This document shows positions 43,989 through 53,789 of a stretch of 64,000 nt of DNA, piece by piece. A model generated the notes under the pieces. That model was not told the origin of the DNA. It searched no databases and worked only from the letters and a program-made list of their open reading frames with translations. Position 1 is the first letter of the stretch. Each line of letters starts with the position of its first letter. The translations under genes were made by a program, and so were the position numbers. The stretch comes from Escherichia coli (GTDB lineage Bacteria > Pseudomonadota > Gammaproteobacteria > Enterobacterales > Enterobacteriaceae). The stretch is from assembly GCF_013122565.1 (NCBI RefSeq), contig NZ_CP053258.1, one strand, 5' to 3'.

Positions 43989-44810
43989 TTATTTTTGCGA
44001 CAGTTGATCCAGCCTGTCGCGAAAACCGGTAACAGAAATGGCCCGGTTATCGGCGCGCCAGCGATCTTTCGCGGCAGGAGCCGAACTTTGCACCCCAATT
44101 AATTGCCAGCCGTCATCGGTATGCAACATCAGAGGCGAACCGCTGTCACCCGGCAAGGTATCGCACTGATGTGACATCACCGACGTTTGCGCCCAGCCAG
44201 TCACTTCACAGTTTTGATGACTGTACAACGTATCGAGATGATCTTCAGGGTATCCCGCCTGAGTTACTTTACGGCCAGCCGATTTTAATGCGGCGGTAAG
44301 CGCGGCTTTATCTCCCTCAAATAACGGCAACGGTGTAATGCCAGAAGGGGGATTACGTAGCACAATCAATCCGAAGTCCCACGGTGCAGCTGCGGGAGGT
44401 ACAATCCAACCATCCCCATCTGCTTTTAACCGCTTTCCCAGTGTCGGATCAACGCGGCCTTCTATGTCGTGGATCTCATAGCGCCAAAGACCTTTATTTG
44501 ACACAAAACGCAGCGCTACCGCCTTATCCGCTTTACCCTTTGGAGGTGTCAATAAACAGTGTCCTGCCGTTAATGCCAGATTGGGTGCAATCAGCGTCGC
44601 CGTACATAAATTGCCGCTGGCCGTTTCCAGTTGCCCAACCGCATCCCACGGTGATTGGGTCGTGTCATTCACTGGCACACGATCATCATGACCAAAAAAC
44701 AGGGTGCTGATCTCATCGTTTGCCGATTTGGCAACGTCTGGTTTATCTGCAAACACAAAAGCAGACGTCAAACTAATTGCACCCAACACTACAGCAATGG
44801 TTGTACGCAT
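43989..44810 (-). CDS. ydgD: Secreted trypsin-like serine peptidase (S1 family)
   Basis: 273 aa with a signal peptide. The catalytic contexts TAGHC and GDSGSP are present. Confidence 0.9.
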   Translation of the reverse strand: MRTTIAVVLGAISLTSAFVFADKPDVAKSANDEISTLFFGHDDRVPVNDTTQSPWDAVGQLETASGNLCTATLIAPNLALTAGHCLLTPPKGKADKAVALRFVSNKGLWRYEIHDIEGRVDPTLGKRLKADGDGWIVPPAAAPWDFGLIVLRNPPSGITPLPLFEGDKAALTAALKSAGRKVTQAGYPEDHLDTLYSHQNCEVTGWAQTSVMSHQCDTLPGDSGSPLMLHTDDGWQLIGVQSSAPAAKDRWRADNRAISVTGFRDRLDQLSQK

Positions 44811-44909
44811 ATCACACTCTGGTGGGTAATTATGATTATTAAAAGCAAACCCTCATAAATACTATAGACGGGACGGGATGAAAGTGGGAGTAAAATCAGA
44901 TAACTACGA

Positions 44910-44993
44910 TCAGGAAAGATAAAAACGGGCGGCAATCAGTGCGCATAAAATAAGGATGATAAGAATGAACTCAAAGCGATAACGGCCCACCAT
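44910..44993 (-). CDS. ydgU: 27-aa small hydrophobic protein
   Basis: My hand translation gives MVGRYRFEFILIILILCALIAARFYLS*. Position between ydgD and asr fits the K-12 small protein YdgU as I recall it. Confidence 0.6.
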   Translation of the reverse strand: MVGRYRFEFILIILILCALIAARFYLS

Positions 44994-45085
44994 ACTACCC
45001 TCCGCTAAAGGCGGTGCTAAACGTTACCCGCTTAGCACCGTAATTTTCAGGCGCGAGGGGGCGCGCCAGCATTACTGTTGAAAAC

Positions 45086-45394
45086 TTACGCTGCGGGTTG
45101 TGCAGCAGGTTTTGCCGGTTGCTGATGGCTGTGTTTCCCGGCGTGTTTCTTCGCTGCCTGCGCTTTTTGTTCAGGGGCTTTCTGTTCAGCTTTCGTATTT
45201 TTATGATGCTTTTTAGCCGCCTGCGCTTTCTGGGCAGGTGCTGCTTTATGCTGTTTTTTATGATGTGTAGTTTTCGCCGGCGCTGCTTTGGTGGTCGTCG
45301 CAGTCGGAGCAGGTGTGGTCGCAGTCTCTGCAGCAAAGGCGGCAGAAGACAGACCCATAGCAGCGGCAACAACCAGAGCTAATACTTTTTTCAT
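45086..45394 (-). CDS. asr: Acid shock periplasmic protein
   Basis: 102 aa counted from the ATG at 45394 ([21 protein letters not shown] signal peptide). The mature part is a Lys/His/Ala/Gln-rich low-complexity sequence. Confidence 0.9.
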   Translation of the reverse strand: MKKVLALVVAAAMGLSSAAFAAETATTPAPTATTTKAAPAKTTHHKKQHKAAPAQKAQAAKKHHKNTKAEQKAPEQKAQAAKKHAGKHSHQQPAKPAAQPAA

Positions 45395-45497
45395 TGTCAT
45401 ACCCTCAATTTGTTTTTTCATTTAACCCCACTGCGGGGCCGTTGAAATAACTATATCCCTGGGAATGGTAGACTTCCGTGAGTGGTTGGTTTCAGCG

Positions 45498-45511
45498 TGT
45501 AACGATATGTA
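45498..45511 (-). promoter_or_regulatory. RstA box in the asr promoter region
   Basis: The minus strand reads TACATATCGTTACA, a perfect fit to the published RstA box TACATNTNGTTACA as I recall it. It lies 104-117 bp upstream of the asr ATG. Confidence 0.6.
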
Positions 45512-45649
45512 CAAACGCTGAATAAATTACAGCATTGATAATAACGTATTGTGACTTAAGGAAAATTTAGCTACCAATAATAGTAGTCTTGATCGGGTTA
45601 ACTATTTTACTACTTACAAAGCGGTAGAATAACTGCGCATCAGTAATAA

Positions 45650-45769
45650 ATGACACACAGCAAAATGAATCCGTTTATTTGGGTACTTATAATCTTGATG
45701 ACGCTAGATGCGCTGCGGGAATTGGCTGGCGCTTCGTCTATTTTAGGATGGCTATTAACGTTGGTTTGA
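45650..45769 (+). CDS. Hypothetical 39-codon hydrophobic small ORF (unannotated as far as I know)
   Basis: My hand translation gives MTHSKMNPFIWVLIILMTLDALRELAGASSILGWLLTLV*. It ends 6 nt before a strong + strand intrinsic terminator. There is no convincing Shine-Dalgarno. Confidence 0.2.
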   Translation: MTHSKMNPFIWVLIILMTLDALRELAGASSILGWLLTLV

Positions 45770-45775
45770 GCAGGC

Positions 45776-45818
45776 AATAAGTCCGGATGGGTATTTACCG
45801 CAGTCCGGACTTATTTTT
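45776..45818 (+). terminator. Strong intrinsic terminator hairpin abutting the ynfM stop codon
   Basis: Perfect 12-bp stem aataagtccgga/tccggacttatt with a 16-nt loop and a T-run on the + strand only. On the minus strand it sits immediately after the ynfM TGA but lacks a U-tract. Confidence 0.7.
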
Positions 45819-47071
45819 CAGGCGTGCAGACGACGATGCAAACGCGTCCCGACCAGCAGAGCAATGACCAGCATCAGAGCAATAAATGCGCCGACGCCGT
45901 TCCAGCCATAGTTATGCCAGAAAACACCCCCCAGCGTCCCGGCAATACTCGACCCCAGATAGTAACTGAACAGATACAGCGAGGAGGCCTGGCCTTTAGC
46001 GCGTTTTGCGCGGGGGCCGATCCAGCTGCTGGCAACGGAGTGGGCTGCGAAGAATCCGGCTGAGAAGAGTAACATTCCGGCAAAGATCAGCCACAGCGAG
46101 CTAAATAAGGTCATCAGTAAACCAAACAGCATAACTCCCGTCGAAAACAACATCACCGGACCGCGCCCATAGCGGGTGGTCATGGTTCCGGCTTTGGGTG
46201 AGCTCCATGTACCGGTCAAATAAGCCAGCGATAATAAGCCAACCACGGCCTGACTGACATGCCAGGGGGAAAGCATCAACCGATAGCCGATGTAATTAAA
46301 CAGCGTGACGAACGACCCCATCAGCAAAAAGCCTTCTGCGAACAATAACGGTAATCCCCGGTCACGCCAGTGCAGACGAAAGTTGATAAATAACGTCTTA
46401 GGGCGCAGCGAAGTCGGGCGAAAATGGCGTGATTCAGGGAGGATTTTCCAGAACATCAACGCCGAGGCCAGCGCGAAACAACCGATTGCCGCCAGAGCAA
46501 TTCGCCAGTTGAAAAAGTCCGTGAAGACACCGCTAATTAAGCGTCCGCTCATACCGCCAATTGAGTTGCCGCTGATATACAACCCCATTGAAAAGGCCAC
46601 GAAACTGGGATGGATTTCCTCGCTAAGATAAGTCATGCCAACAGCTGCCACGCCACTTAACGAAAGCCCAATCAAGGCGCGCATAATCAAAATGCCGTGC
46701 CAGCTGGTCATCATTGTCGAAAGTAACGTACAAATGGAGGCCAACAGTAGCGCCGTGACCATCACTGGTTTGCGACCAATGGCATCGGATAGGGGGCCAG
46801 TAAACAGCAAACCAATAGCCAACATCGCCGTGGAAATGGACAGTGAAATACTACTGTTCGCGGGCGTTAAGCCAAACTCCTGCGAAAGCACCGGAAGGAT
46901 AGGCTGCACACAATAGAGAAGTGCAAATGTTGCCAGTCCGGCAGAGAACAGCGCCAGGGTGACGCGCATAAATTGCGGCGTACCGCGTTTAATAAATTGA
47001 TTTGGCAGAGAAATGCTTTGCTTGTCAGTGTCGCTTGCCGGAGCGCCATCAACAGTTGTAGTACGGCTCAC
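45818..47071 (-). CDS. ynfM: MFS transporter
   Basis: 417-aa 12-TM protein. Matches E. coli YnfM and is divergent from the LysR gene ynfL. Confidence 0.92.
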   Translation of the reverse strand: MSRTTTVDGAPASDTDKQSISLPNQFIKRGTPQFMRVTLALFSAGLATFALLYCVQPILPVLSQEFGLTPANSSISLSISTAMLAIGLLFTGPLSDAIGRKPVMVTALLLASICTLLSTMMTSWHGILIMRALIGLSLSGVAAVGMTYLSEEIHPSFVAFSMGLYISGNSIGGMSGRLISGVFTDFFNWRIALAAIGCFALASALMFWKILPESRHFRPTSLRPKTLFINFRLHWRDRGLPLLFAEGFLLMGSFVTLFNYIGYRLMLSPWHVSQAVVGLLSLAYLTGTWSSPKAGTMTTRYGRGPVMLFSTGVMLFGLLMTLFSSLWLIFAGMLLFSAGFFAAHSVASSWIGPRAKRAKGQASSLYLFSYYLGSSIAGTLGGVFWHNYGWNGVGAFIALMLVIALLVGTRLHRRLHA

Positions 47072-47177
47072 TTGAAATCCTTGCTAAATATGCCTGTGGA
47101 TCAGGCTTATACATAGGGTAGGAAAATCGAATTGTTCTGTCTAATATATTAATAATCTCAAATAAGATGTTTTAAAT

Positions 47178-48071
47178 ATGAATATTGAACTTCGTCATCT
47201 GCGTTACTTTGTTGCTGTTGCGGAAGAGCTGCATTTCGGGCGCGCCGCTGCCCGCCTGAATATTTCGCAACCGCCGCTAAGTCAGCAGATTCAGGCGCTG
47301 GAGCAACAAATTGGTGCCCGACTGCTGGCACGAACCAATCGCAGTGTATTGCTGACCGCAGCAGGAAAACAGTTTCTTGCAGATAGTCGGCAAATCCTGT
47401 CTATGGTGGATGACGCTGCCGCTCGCGCTGAAAGACTGCATCAGGGTGAAGCGGGGGAGTTGCGCATTGGTTTTACTTCGTCGGCTCCTTTTATTCGGGC
47501 GGTGTCCGATACGTTATCGCTGTTTCGCCGAGATTATCCCGATGTCCATTTACAAACCCGCGAAATGAACACTCGCGAGCAAATCGCTCCGCTCATTGAA
47601 GGAACGCTGGATATGGGATTGCTGCGTAACACAGCGTTACCGGAGACGCTTGAACACGCAGTCATCGTCCATGAACCGCTTATGGCGATGATCCCGCACG
47701 ATCATCCCCTGGCGAATAATCCGAGTGTAACACTGGCTGAACTGGCGAAAGAACCCTTTGTCTTTTTTGATCCGCACGTCGGGACAGGGCTGTATGACGA
47801 TATTCTCGGACTGATGCGACGTTACCATTTGACGCCCGTCATCACTCAGGAGGTGGGCGAGGCGATGACCATCATCGGTCTGGTTTCCGCCGGTCTGGGT
47901 GTTTCAATTTTGCCTGCGTCATTTAAACGTGTTCAGCTCAACGAAATGCGCTGGGTGCCGATTGCTGAAGAGGATGCGGTTTCTGAAATGTGGTTGGTCT
48001 GGCCGAAACATCATGAACAAAGTCCGGCTGCGCGTAACTTTCGTATTCATCTGCTGAATGCTCTCAGGTGA
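47178..48071 (+). CDS. ynfL: LysR-family transcriptional regulator
   Basis: 297 aa with an N-terminal HTH (LRYFVAVAEELHFGRAAARLNISQPPLSQQIQALE). Confidence 0.92.
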   Translation: MNIELRHLRYFVAVAEELHFGRAAARLNISQPPLSQQIQALEQQIGARLLARTNRSVLLTAAGKQFLADSRQILSMVDDAAARAERLHQGEAGELRIGFTSSAPFIRAVSDTLSLFRRDYPDVHLQTREMNTREQIAPLIEGTLDMGLLRNTALPETLEHAVIVHEPLMAMIPHDHPLANNPSVTLAELAKEPFVFFDPHVGTGLYDDILGLMRRYHLTPVITQEVGEAMTIIGLVSAGLGVSILPASFKRVQLNEMRWVPIAEEDAVSEMWLVWPKHHEQSPAARNFRIHLLNALR

Positions 48072-48100
48072 GGGAAATTTCAGCGAAAAAGCCCGAAAAA

Positions 48101-48116
48101 TGTGCTGTTAATCACA
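48101..48116. promoter_or_regulatory. CRP-binding site candidate in the mlc promoter
   Basis: tgtgc-tgttaa-tcaca is a near-perfect fit to TGTGA-N6-TCACA. It lies 90-105 bp upstream of the mlc GTG. Confidence 0.55.
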
Positions 48117-48171
48117 TGCCTAAGTAAAAATTTGACGACACGTATTGAAGTGCTTCACCATAGCCTACAGA

Positions 48172-48192
48172 TTATTTCGGAGCGCGAAAATA
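48172..48192. promoter_or_regulatory. Mlc/NagC-type operator candidate (mlc autoregulation)
   Basis: ttatttcg-gagcg-cgaaaata is an AT-rich inverted repeat of the Mlc/NagC operator type. It lies 14 bp upstream of the mlc start. Confidence 0.5.
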
Positions 48193-48205
48193 TAGGGAGT
48201 ATGCG

Positions 48206-49426
48206 GTGGTTGCTGAAAACCAGCCTGGGCACATTGATCAAATAAAGCAGACCAACGCGGGCGCGGTTTATCGCCTGATTGATCAGCTTGGTCCAGTCTC
48301 GCGTATCGATCTTTCCCGTCTGGCGCAGCTGGCTCCTGCCAGTATCACTAAAATTGTCCGTGAGATGCTCGAAGCACACCTGGTGCAAGAGCTGGAAATC
48401 AAAGAAGCGGGGAACCGTGGCCGTCCGGCGGTGGGGCTGGTGGTTGAAACTGAAGCCTGGCACTATCTTTCTCTGCGCATTAGTCGCGGGGAGATTTTCC
48501 TTGCTCTGCGCGATCTGAGCAGCAAACTGGTGGTGGAAGAGTCGCAGGAACTGGCGTTAAAAGATGACTCGCCATTGCTGGATCGTATCATTTCCCATAT
48601 CGATCAGTTTTTTATCCGCCACCAGAAAAAACTTGAGCGTCTAACTTCGATTGCCATAACCCTGCCGGGAATTATTGATACGGAAAATGGCATTGTACAT
48701 CGCATGCCGTTCTACGAGGATGTAAAAGAGATGCCGCTCGGCGAGGCTCTGGAGCAGCATACCGGCGTTCCGGTTTATATTCAGCATGATATCAGCGCAT
48801 GGACGATGGCAGAGGCCTTGTTTGGTGCCTCACGCGGGGCGCGCGATGTGATTCAGGTGGTTATCGATCACAACGTGGGGGCGGGCGTCATTACCGATGG
48901 TCATCTGCTACACGCAGGCAGCAGTAGTCTCGTGGAAATAGGCCACACACAGGTCGACCCGTATGGGAAACGTTGTTATTGCGGGAATCACGGCTGCCTC
49001 GAAACCATCGCCAGTGTGGACAGTATTCTTGAGCTGGCACAGCTGCGTCTCAATCAATCCATGAGCTCGATGTTGCATGGACAACCGTTAACCGTGGACT
49101 CATTGTGTCAGGCGGCATTGCGCGGCGATCTACTGGCAAAAGACATCATTACCGGGGTGGGCGCGCATGTGGGGCGCATTCTTGCCATCATGGTGAATTT
49201 ATTTAACCCACAAAAAATACTGATTGGCTCACCGTTAAGTAAAGCGGCAGATATCCTCTTCCCGGTCATCTCAGACAGCATCCGTCAGCAGGCCCTTCCT
49301 GCGTATAGTCAGCACATTAGCGTTGAGAGTACTCAGTTTTCTAACCAGGGCACGATGGCAGGGGCTGCGCTGGTAAAAGACGCGATGTATAACGGTTCTT
49401 TGTTGATTCGTCTGTTGCAGGGTTAA
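48206..49426 (+). CDS. mlc: ROK-family global repressor of PTS sugar uptake
   Basis: 406 aa with a GTG start (MVAENQPGHIDQIKQTNAGAVYRLI). It has an N-terminal wHTH and the ROK zinc motif CYCGNHGCLE. Confidence 0.95.
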   Translation: MVAENQPGHIDQIKQTNAGAVYRLIDQLGPVSRIDLSRLAQLAPASITKIVREMLEAHLVQELEIKEAGNRGRPAVGLVVETEAWHYLSLRISRGEIFLALRDLSSKLVVEESQELALKDDSPLLDRIISHIDQFFIRHQKKLERLTSIAITLPGIIDTENGIVHRMPFYEDVKEMPLGEALEQHTGVPVYIQHDISAWTMAEALFGASRGARDVIQVVIDHNVGAGVITDGHLLHAGSSSLVEIGHTQVDPYGKRCYCGNHGCLETIASVDSILELAQLRLNQSMSSMLHGQPLTVDSLCQAALRGDLLAKDIITGVGAHVGRILAIMVNLFNPQKILIGSPLSKAADILFPVISDSIRQQALPAYSQHISVESTQFSNQGTMAGAALVKDAMYNGSLLIRLLQG

Positions 49427-49550
49427 CATTTTTTAACTGTTCTACCAAAATTTGCGCTATCTCAATTTGGGCCAGGAAAGCATAACTTAGACTTTCAAGG
49501 TTAATTATTTTCCTGGTTTATATTTGTGAAGCATAACGGTGGAGTTAGTG

Positions 49551-50246
49551 ATGCTGAAGCGTTTCTTTATTACCGGTACAGACACTTCTGTAGGGAAAAC
49601 GGTGGTTTCCCGCGCATTGCTACAAGCGTTAGCCTCCCAGGGAAAAACGGTTGCGGGATATAAACCCGTAGCGAAGGGGAGCAAAGAGACACCCGAAGGG
49701 CTGCGTAATAAAGATGCCCTGGTGTTGCAGAGTGTTTCAACCATCGAACTGCCTTATGAAGCAGTTAATCCTATCGCGTTAAGCGAAGAAGAAAGTAGCG
49801 TGGCGCACAGTTGCCCAATCAATTACACCCTCATTTCAAACGGCCTGGCAAACCTGACCGAAAAAGTCGATCATGTCGTGGTAGAAGGGACTGGCGGCTG
49901 GCGCAGTCTGATGAATGATTTGCGTCCACTCTCTGAATGGGTGGTGCAGGAACAACTGCCGGTGTTGATGGTTGTCGGTATTCAGGAAGGTTGCATTAAC
50001 CATGCACTGCTAACAGCTCAGGCGATTGCCAACGACGGGCTGCCGCTCATTGGCTGGGTGGCTAACCGAATCAACCCAGGACTGGCGCATTATGCGGAAA
50101 TCATTGATGTGCTCGGTAAAAAACTTCCGGCACCGCTCATTGGTGAACTGCCTTATCTGCCGCGCGCCGAACAGCGTGAACTGGGGCAATACATCCGCTT
50201 AGCTATGCTGCGCAGTGTGCTGGCGGTAGATAGAGTCACGGTGTAA
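49551..50246 (+). CDS. ynfK: Dethiobiotin synthetase paralog
   Basis: 231 aa counted from the ATG at 49551. It has the P-loop GTDTSVGKT. The 3' end overlaps clcB by 48 nt (convergent). Confidence 0.9.
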
Positions 50247-51455
50247 CGTCCGCGAGATTACCGACGCAATTACGCAGGCAATCAATAAACCGGGGAGTAG
50301 CTGATACTCCCCGGTCATTTCACATATCATCAACGTCGACATAATCGGCGCGTGCGTGGTTGCCGCCAACAGTGTCGCCATCCCGGTCAATCCGAGTAAA
50401 AGCGTAATTTCTTCGCCATCAGGGAACCATAATCCCAGGCTACGACCATACAACATGCCAATGGCAAGACCGATAAATAGCGTCGGTGTAAAGACACCAC
50501 CGGGTGCGCCGGAACCGCTACTCGCCAGCACGGCACACAGTTTACAAAGGAAGATCCCGGCAATGATCATTAACAGTGGCGGGGCGGTTAAAAAGGATTG
50601 TACGGTGCTATAGCCGTTGCCCCACACTGCAGGTGTGAACAGGGAAAGCAGACCCACGATCAACCCGCCTAGTGCCAGTTGCCAGGGCGGCGCAAGTTTG
50701 AGACTCACAAATCCACGATGACAGGCGTTCATTAACGTTAACAACAGTGGTCCGCACAGACCTGCCAGCACACCTGTACTGATAATCAGCGCATAGTCAC
50801 GAGCCTGAACCGTCACTGAGAGTTGTACGCTGTAGAGTAACGCGTCGCTATGATTAATCAGATTGCTAACCAGCAATGCCACGACAGCGGAAATAATCAC
50901 CGGGCCGAGAGAGGCCAACATCATAGTGCCAAACAGCACTTCGGCTATAAATAAACTGCCAGCAAGCGGGGCGCGATAGGCCGCAGCCATTCCCGCCGCA
51001 GCTCCACAGGCGATCCATAATTTCCACTCCTGGCGTGGCGTAAAACGTTGGGTAAAACAGGAGGCGGCAAGGGCAGCTAAAAGAATCATCGCACCTTCGC
51101 GACCAATTGCACTGCCGCTGGTTACTACCAGCAGAGAGGCAAGCGATTTAACCAGGCTTGCTGCGTAATCAAACTGCCCATCGGTTTGCAACGCTTCCAT
51201 ATAATCGGTCGGCGCATGAGGGCGTTGCTGGGTAAATTTCTGCCAGCCCATCAGCAACAAACCCGCCGCCAGTCCGCCGAGCGCCGGAGTTAGCAGCCGT
51301 CGCCACGGGGAAAGATTTGTCGCTGCATTGACCAGACTGCCGGAGTCATTATTGAGGAACAACCACTCCAGTAGCAGCATCGCATGACGAAACCCGGCAA
51401 CGGCAAAGGCCGCGAGAATACCGACGGCTGTTGCGATAAGCAGACGGCGGAACAT
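50199..51455 (-). CDS. clcB: ClC-family voltage-gated chloride channel / H+:Cl- antiporter
   Basis: 418 aa counted from the ATG at 51455 ([17 protein letters not shown]). ClC motifs GSAIGREGA and GAPGGVFTP are present. The 438-aa ORF is an extension. Confidence 0.92.
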   Translation of the reverse strand: MFRRLLIATAVGILAAFAVAGFRHAMLLLEWLFLNNDSGSLVNAATNLSPWRRLLTPALGGLAAGLLLMGWQKFTQQRPHAPTDYMEALQTDGQFDYAASLVKSLASLLVVTSGSAIGREGAMILLAALAASCFTQRFTPRQEWKLWIACGAAAGMAAAYRAPLAGSLFIAEVLFGTMMLASLGPVIISAVVALLVSNLINHSDALLYSVQLSVTVQARDYALIISTGVLAGLCGPLLLTLMNACHRGFVSLKLAPPWQLALGGLIVGLLSLFTPAVWGNGYSTVQSFLTAPPLLMIIAGIFLCKLCAVLASSGSGAPGGVFTPTLFIGLAIGMLYGRSLGLWFPDGEEITLLLGLTGMATLLAATTHAPIMSTLMICEMTGEYQLLPGLLIACVIASVISRTLHRDSIYRQHTAQHS

Positions 51456-51648
51456 AGTGCGCAGATCCGGATAGATGTGTAGATGATGCATGAGCAGAAA
51501 TGGGCAATGAAACACGGGCGACTATTTTGCGGCAAAAGAGGCCAGCTGCAAAAGCAGTGCGTGCTTTAAGAGACAAAAAACGTGACACTGTAACGTATTG
51601 TTGCCGAATCGCGCGTAATCGTCACCATCCGGCAATATTACGGTGATC

Positions 51649-52263
51649 CTATCGAAACAGCGGTTTAACCGCGACAGGAATTAACAGTTGTGATTGCCAT
51701 TGCGCCAGCGTTAAGCGAGCCAGTTCACCCAGTGCACGGTAGAAAGGGTGTTCTGCTTTTTCGATAAAAACATCAAGAAAACGTGTTGACCACGGAAAAA
51801 GGTGCCATGCCAGCAATTCTTCGCATTCTGTCTGGCGACCATTCTCCGCCAACCACGCAGCCATCAACAGCAGCGAACCAAAATGATCTTCCGGTTCATT
51901 TTGCTTCATTTCAAACTGAATGCCTTTCTCGCGCATCCACTGACGAAGTGCCAATGTTGAATCGCCAAACAGCACAGATTCGCGATCCAGCCAGACCGAC
52001 CCCCACGGCGGAGACGGCAGTGCCCACGGGCCGACAAACAAACGCTGCCAGGCCTGGGCGTGAGTCTCTTCACACTGTGCCTGAAAAGCCGTCACCAGCG
52101 GCGCTAATGACGCTTCTGGTAGAGGCCACTGAGTTTCCCAGCCGTCACGGGTGAGTACCGCAACCAGAGGTGCGGCTTCCGCACTCTCTGGAGCGTAATA
52201 AAACAGCGCGCCCAACACGCGCGCCACGACAGAAAAATTATCTTGCTGTGAAAAATGGGTCAT
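51649..52263 (-). CDS. dmsD: Tat proofreading chaperone for DMSO-reductase-family enzymes (TorD family)
   Basis: 204 aa counted from the ATG at 52263 (MTHFSQQDNFSVVARVLGALFYY). It is the last gene of the ynfEFGH-dmsD cluster. Confidence 0.93.
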   Translation of the reverse strand: MTHFSQQDNFSVVARVLGALFYYAPESAEAAPLVAVLTRDGWETQWPLPEASLAPLVTAFQAQCEETHAQAWQRLFVGPWALPSPPWGSVWLDRESVLFGDSTLALRQWMREKGIQFEMKQNEPEDHFGSLLLMAAWLAENGRQTECEELLAWHLFPWSTRFLDVFIEKAEHPFYRALGELARLTLAQWQSQLLIPVAVKPLFR

Positions 52264-52305
52264 TCCTAACATCCTGAAATGTGCGGGTTGCCCCGCACCA
52301 ATTTG

Positions 52306-53160
52306 TTAACCTGCAATAGCCATTCCTACCGTCATGTGCAGGCCATAAAAGAGCACACGCCCGATCATCTCACCGCCAAGAATGAGGATTAACCCCAGAA
52401 TAAGTCCGGCAACGTGTGGTTCACGGCGACGTATGAGCGGACAAAGCCAGCATCCTAGACCTGCGCATAACAATACCACACGCCAGACCTGTAAGGAGGC
52501 GTAATCTGGTACCAGTGCGCTGGCTTGTTGTACGGATGAGTAAATAGACGACAGAGACAAACCTTGCAGCACAATCACCCCGGCACAAGCGATCAGCGCC
52601 AGAACGCTAATGATGGCAAATGGTGTGGTATTAAATGTAACGCGGGCTGCCCGCAGAATTGCGGCAGCAAGTATTGGACCACTCAACAATACCGTCAGGA
52701 AGAAAGCCAGCGTAGTGTAACCGTTATGCCAGGTTGGCACAGTGTCGATTTGATACACGCAGGTCATCATCCAGACGAAAATGACGCCGAGCGCCATGCT
52801 GACAAGTAACCAGAGTTTCCCCAACGCTTGCGGCATTTTACCGATGACCGCCACCAGCCACCATAGTCCGCCAACGGCAAAAAATATGGAACCGGCAGCA
52901 ATCTCGTTACTCAGACCAGAAGCTCCGATTCGATTCAGTGAGTTAAACGCCCGCAGTGGCGATCCCAGGTGCATGACAGAGGCAATAAACCCGATGCCCA
53001 TCAACAGCCAGAGGAAAAACATGCCACGAACAATGTGCTGACGGTCTGTGTCATTTTTGGCGGCGAACCAGCCAATTCCGCTAACAATCAGCGCGCCTAC
53101 TACGCATTGACCCAATACGGTAAAGATAACCAGTGGCCATTCATGCCATCCATTTCCCAT
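52306..53160 (-). CDS. ynfH: DmsC-family membrane anchor subunit
   Basis: 284 aa counted from the ATG at 53160 (MGNGWHEWPLVIFTVLGQ), with 8 TM segments. The 364-aa ORF runs through ynfG in another frame and is rejected. Confidence 0.92.
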   Translation of the reverse strand: MGNGWHEWPLVIFTVLGQCVVGALIVSGIGWFAAKNDTDRQHIVRGMFFLWLLMGIGFIASVMHLGSPLRAFNSLNRIGASGLSNEIAAGSIFFAVGGLWWLVAVIGKMPQALGKLWLLVSMALGVIFVWMMTCVYQIDTVPTWHNGYTTLAFFLTVLLSGPILAAAILRAARVTFNTTPFAIISVLALIACAGVIVLQGLSLSSIYSSVQQASALVPDYASLQVWRVVLLCAGLGCWLCPLIRRREPHVAGLILGLILILGGEMIGRVLFYGLHMTVGMAIAG

Positions 53161-53161
53161 T

Positions 53162-53779
53162 TTACACTTCCTCCGGATTAGCCAGATAACCAGTGGTATC
53201 GCCGGTCGGGCGGCTGTTGGCGTTAGGTTTGATAACGATATTGGGTTTTGTGAAATGCGCGCGCGGCAGTGGCGCGACGGCAGCAAGAGTGCCGTGCTTC
53301 TGGCGCAGCTCTTCAATTGGACCGAACTCAAGTGCACGCAGCGGGCAGGATTCGACACATATGGGTTGTTTCCCCTCGGCGACGCGCGAATAACAACCAT
53401 CGCACTTCGTCATGTGCCCTTTTTCAGCATTGTACTGTGGCGCGCCGTACGGACAAGCCATGTGGCAGTAGCGGCAACCGATACAAACATCTTCATCAAC
53501 CACCACAAAGCCATCTTCACGCTTATGCATTGCGCCGCTGGGGCAGACTTTTGTACATGCGGGGTCATCGCAATGGTTACAGGAGATGGAGAGATAATAA
53601 GCGAACACGTTCTGGCGCCAGACGTCATTATCTTCCTGCCAGTCGCCGCCAGCATATTCATAAATACGGCGGAAACTGACTTCCGGGCCAAGATCTTTAA
53701 AATCTTTGCACGCCAGTTCGCAGGTTTTACAGCCAGTACAGCGGCTGGAATCGATAAAAAATCCATATTGTGTGGTCAT
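53162..53779 (-). CDS. ynfG: DmsB-family 4x[4Fe-4S] electron-transfer subunit
   Basis: 205 aa with Cys clusters CTGCKTCELAC, CNHCDDPACTKVCP and CIGCRYCHMACP, plus a fourth group. Confidence 0.94.
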   Translation of the reverse strand: MTTQYGFFIDSSRCTGCKTCELACKDFKDLGPEVSFRRIYEYAGGDWQEDNDVWRQNVFAYYLSISCNHCDDPACTKVCPSGAMHKREDGFVVVDEDVCIGCRYCHMACPYGAPQYNAEKGHMTKCDGCYSRVAEGKQPICVESCPLRALEFGPIEELRQKHGTLAAVAPLPRAHFTKPNIVIKPNANSRPTGDTTGYLANPEEV

Positions 53780-53789
53780 GGGCTACTCC

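Noticed and set aside
53161-53400. An 80-codon N-terminal extension of the ynfH ORF (364 aa) that overlaps ynfG.
   Set aside because: The extension lies in an alternate frame of the Cys-cluster-rich ynfG coding region. The ATG at 53160, 2 nt after the ynfG stop, gives the 284-aa DmsC-like protein.
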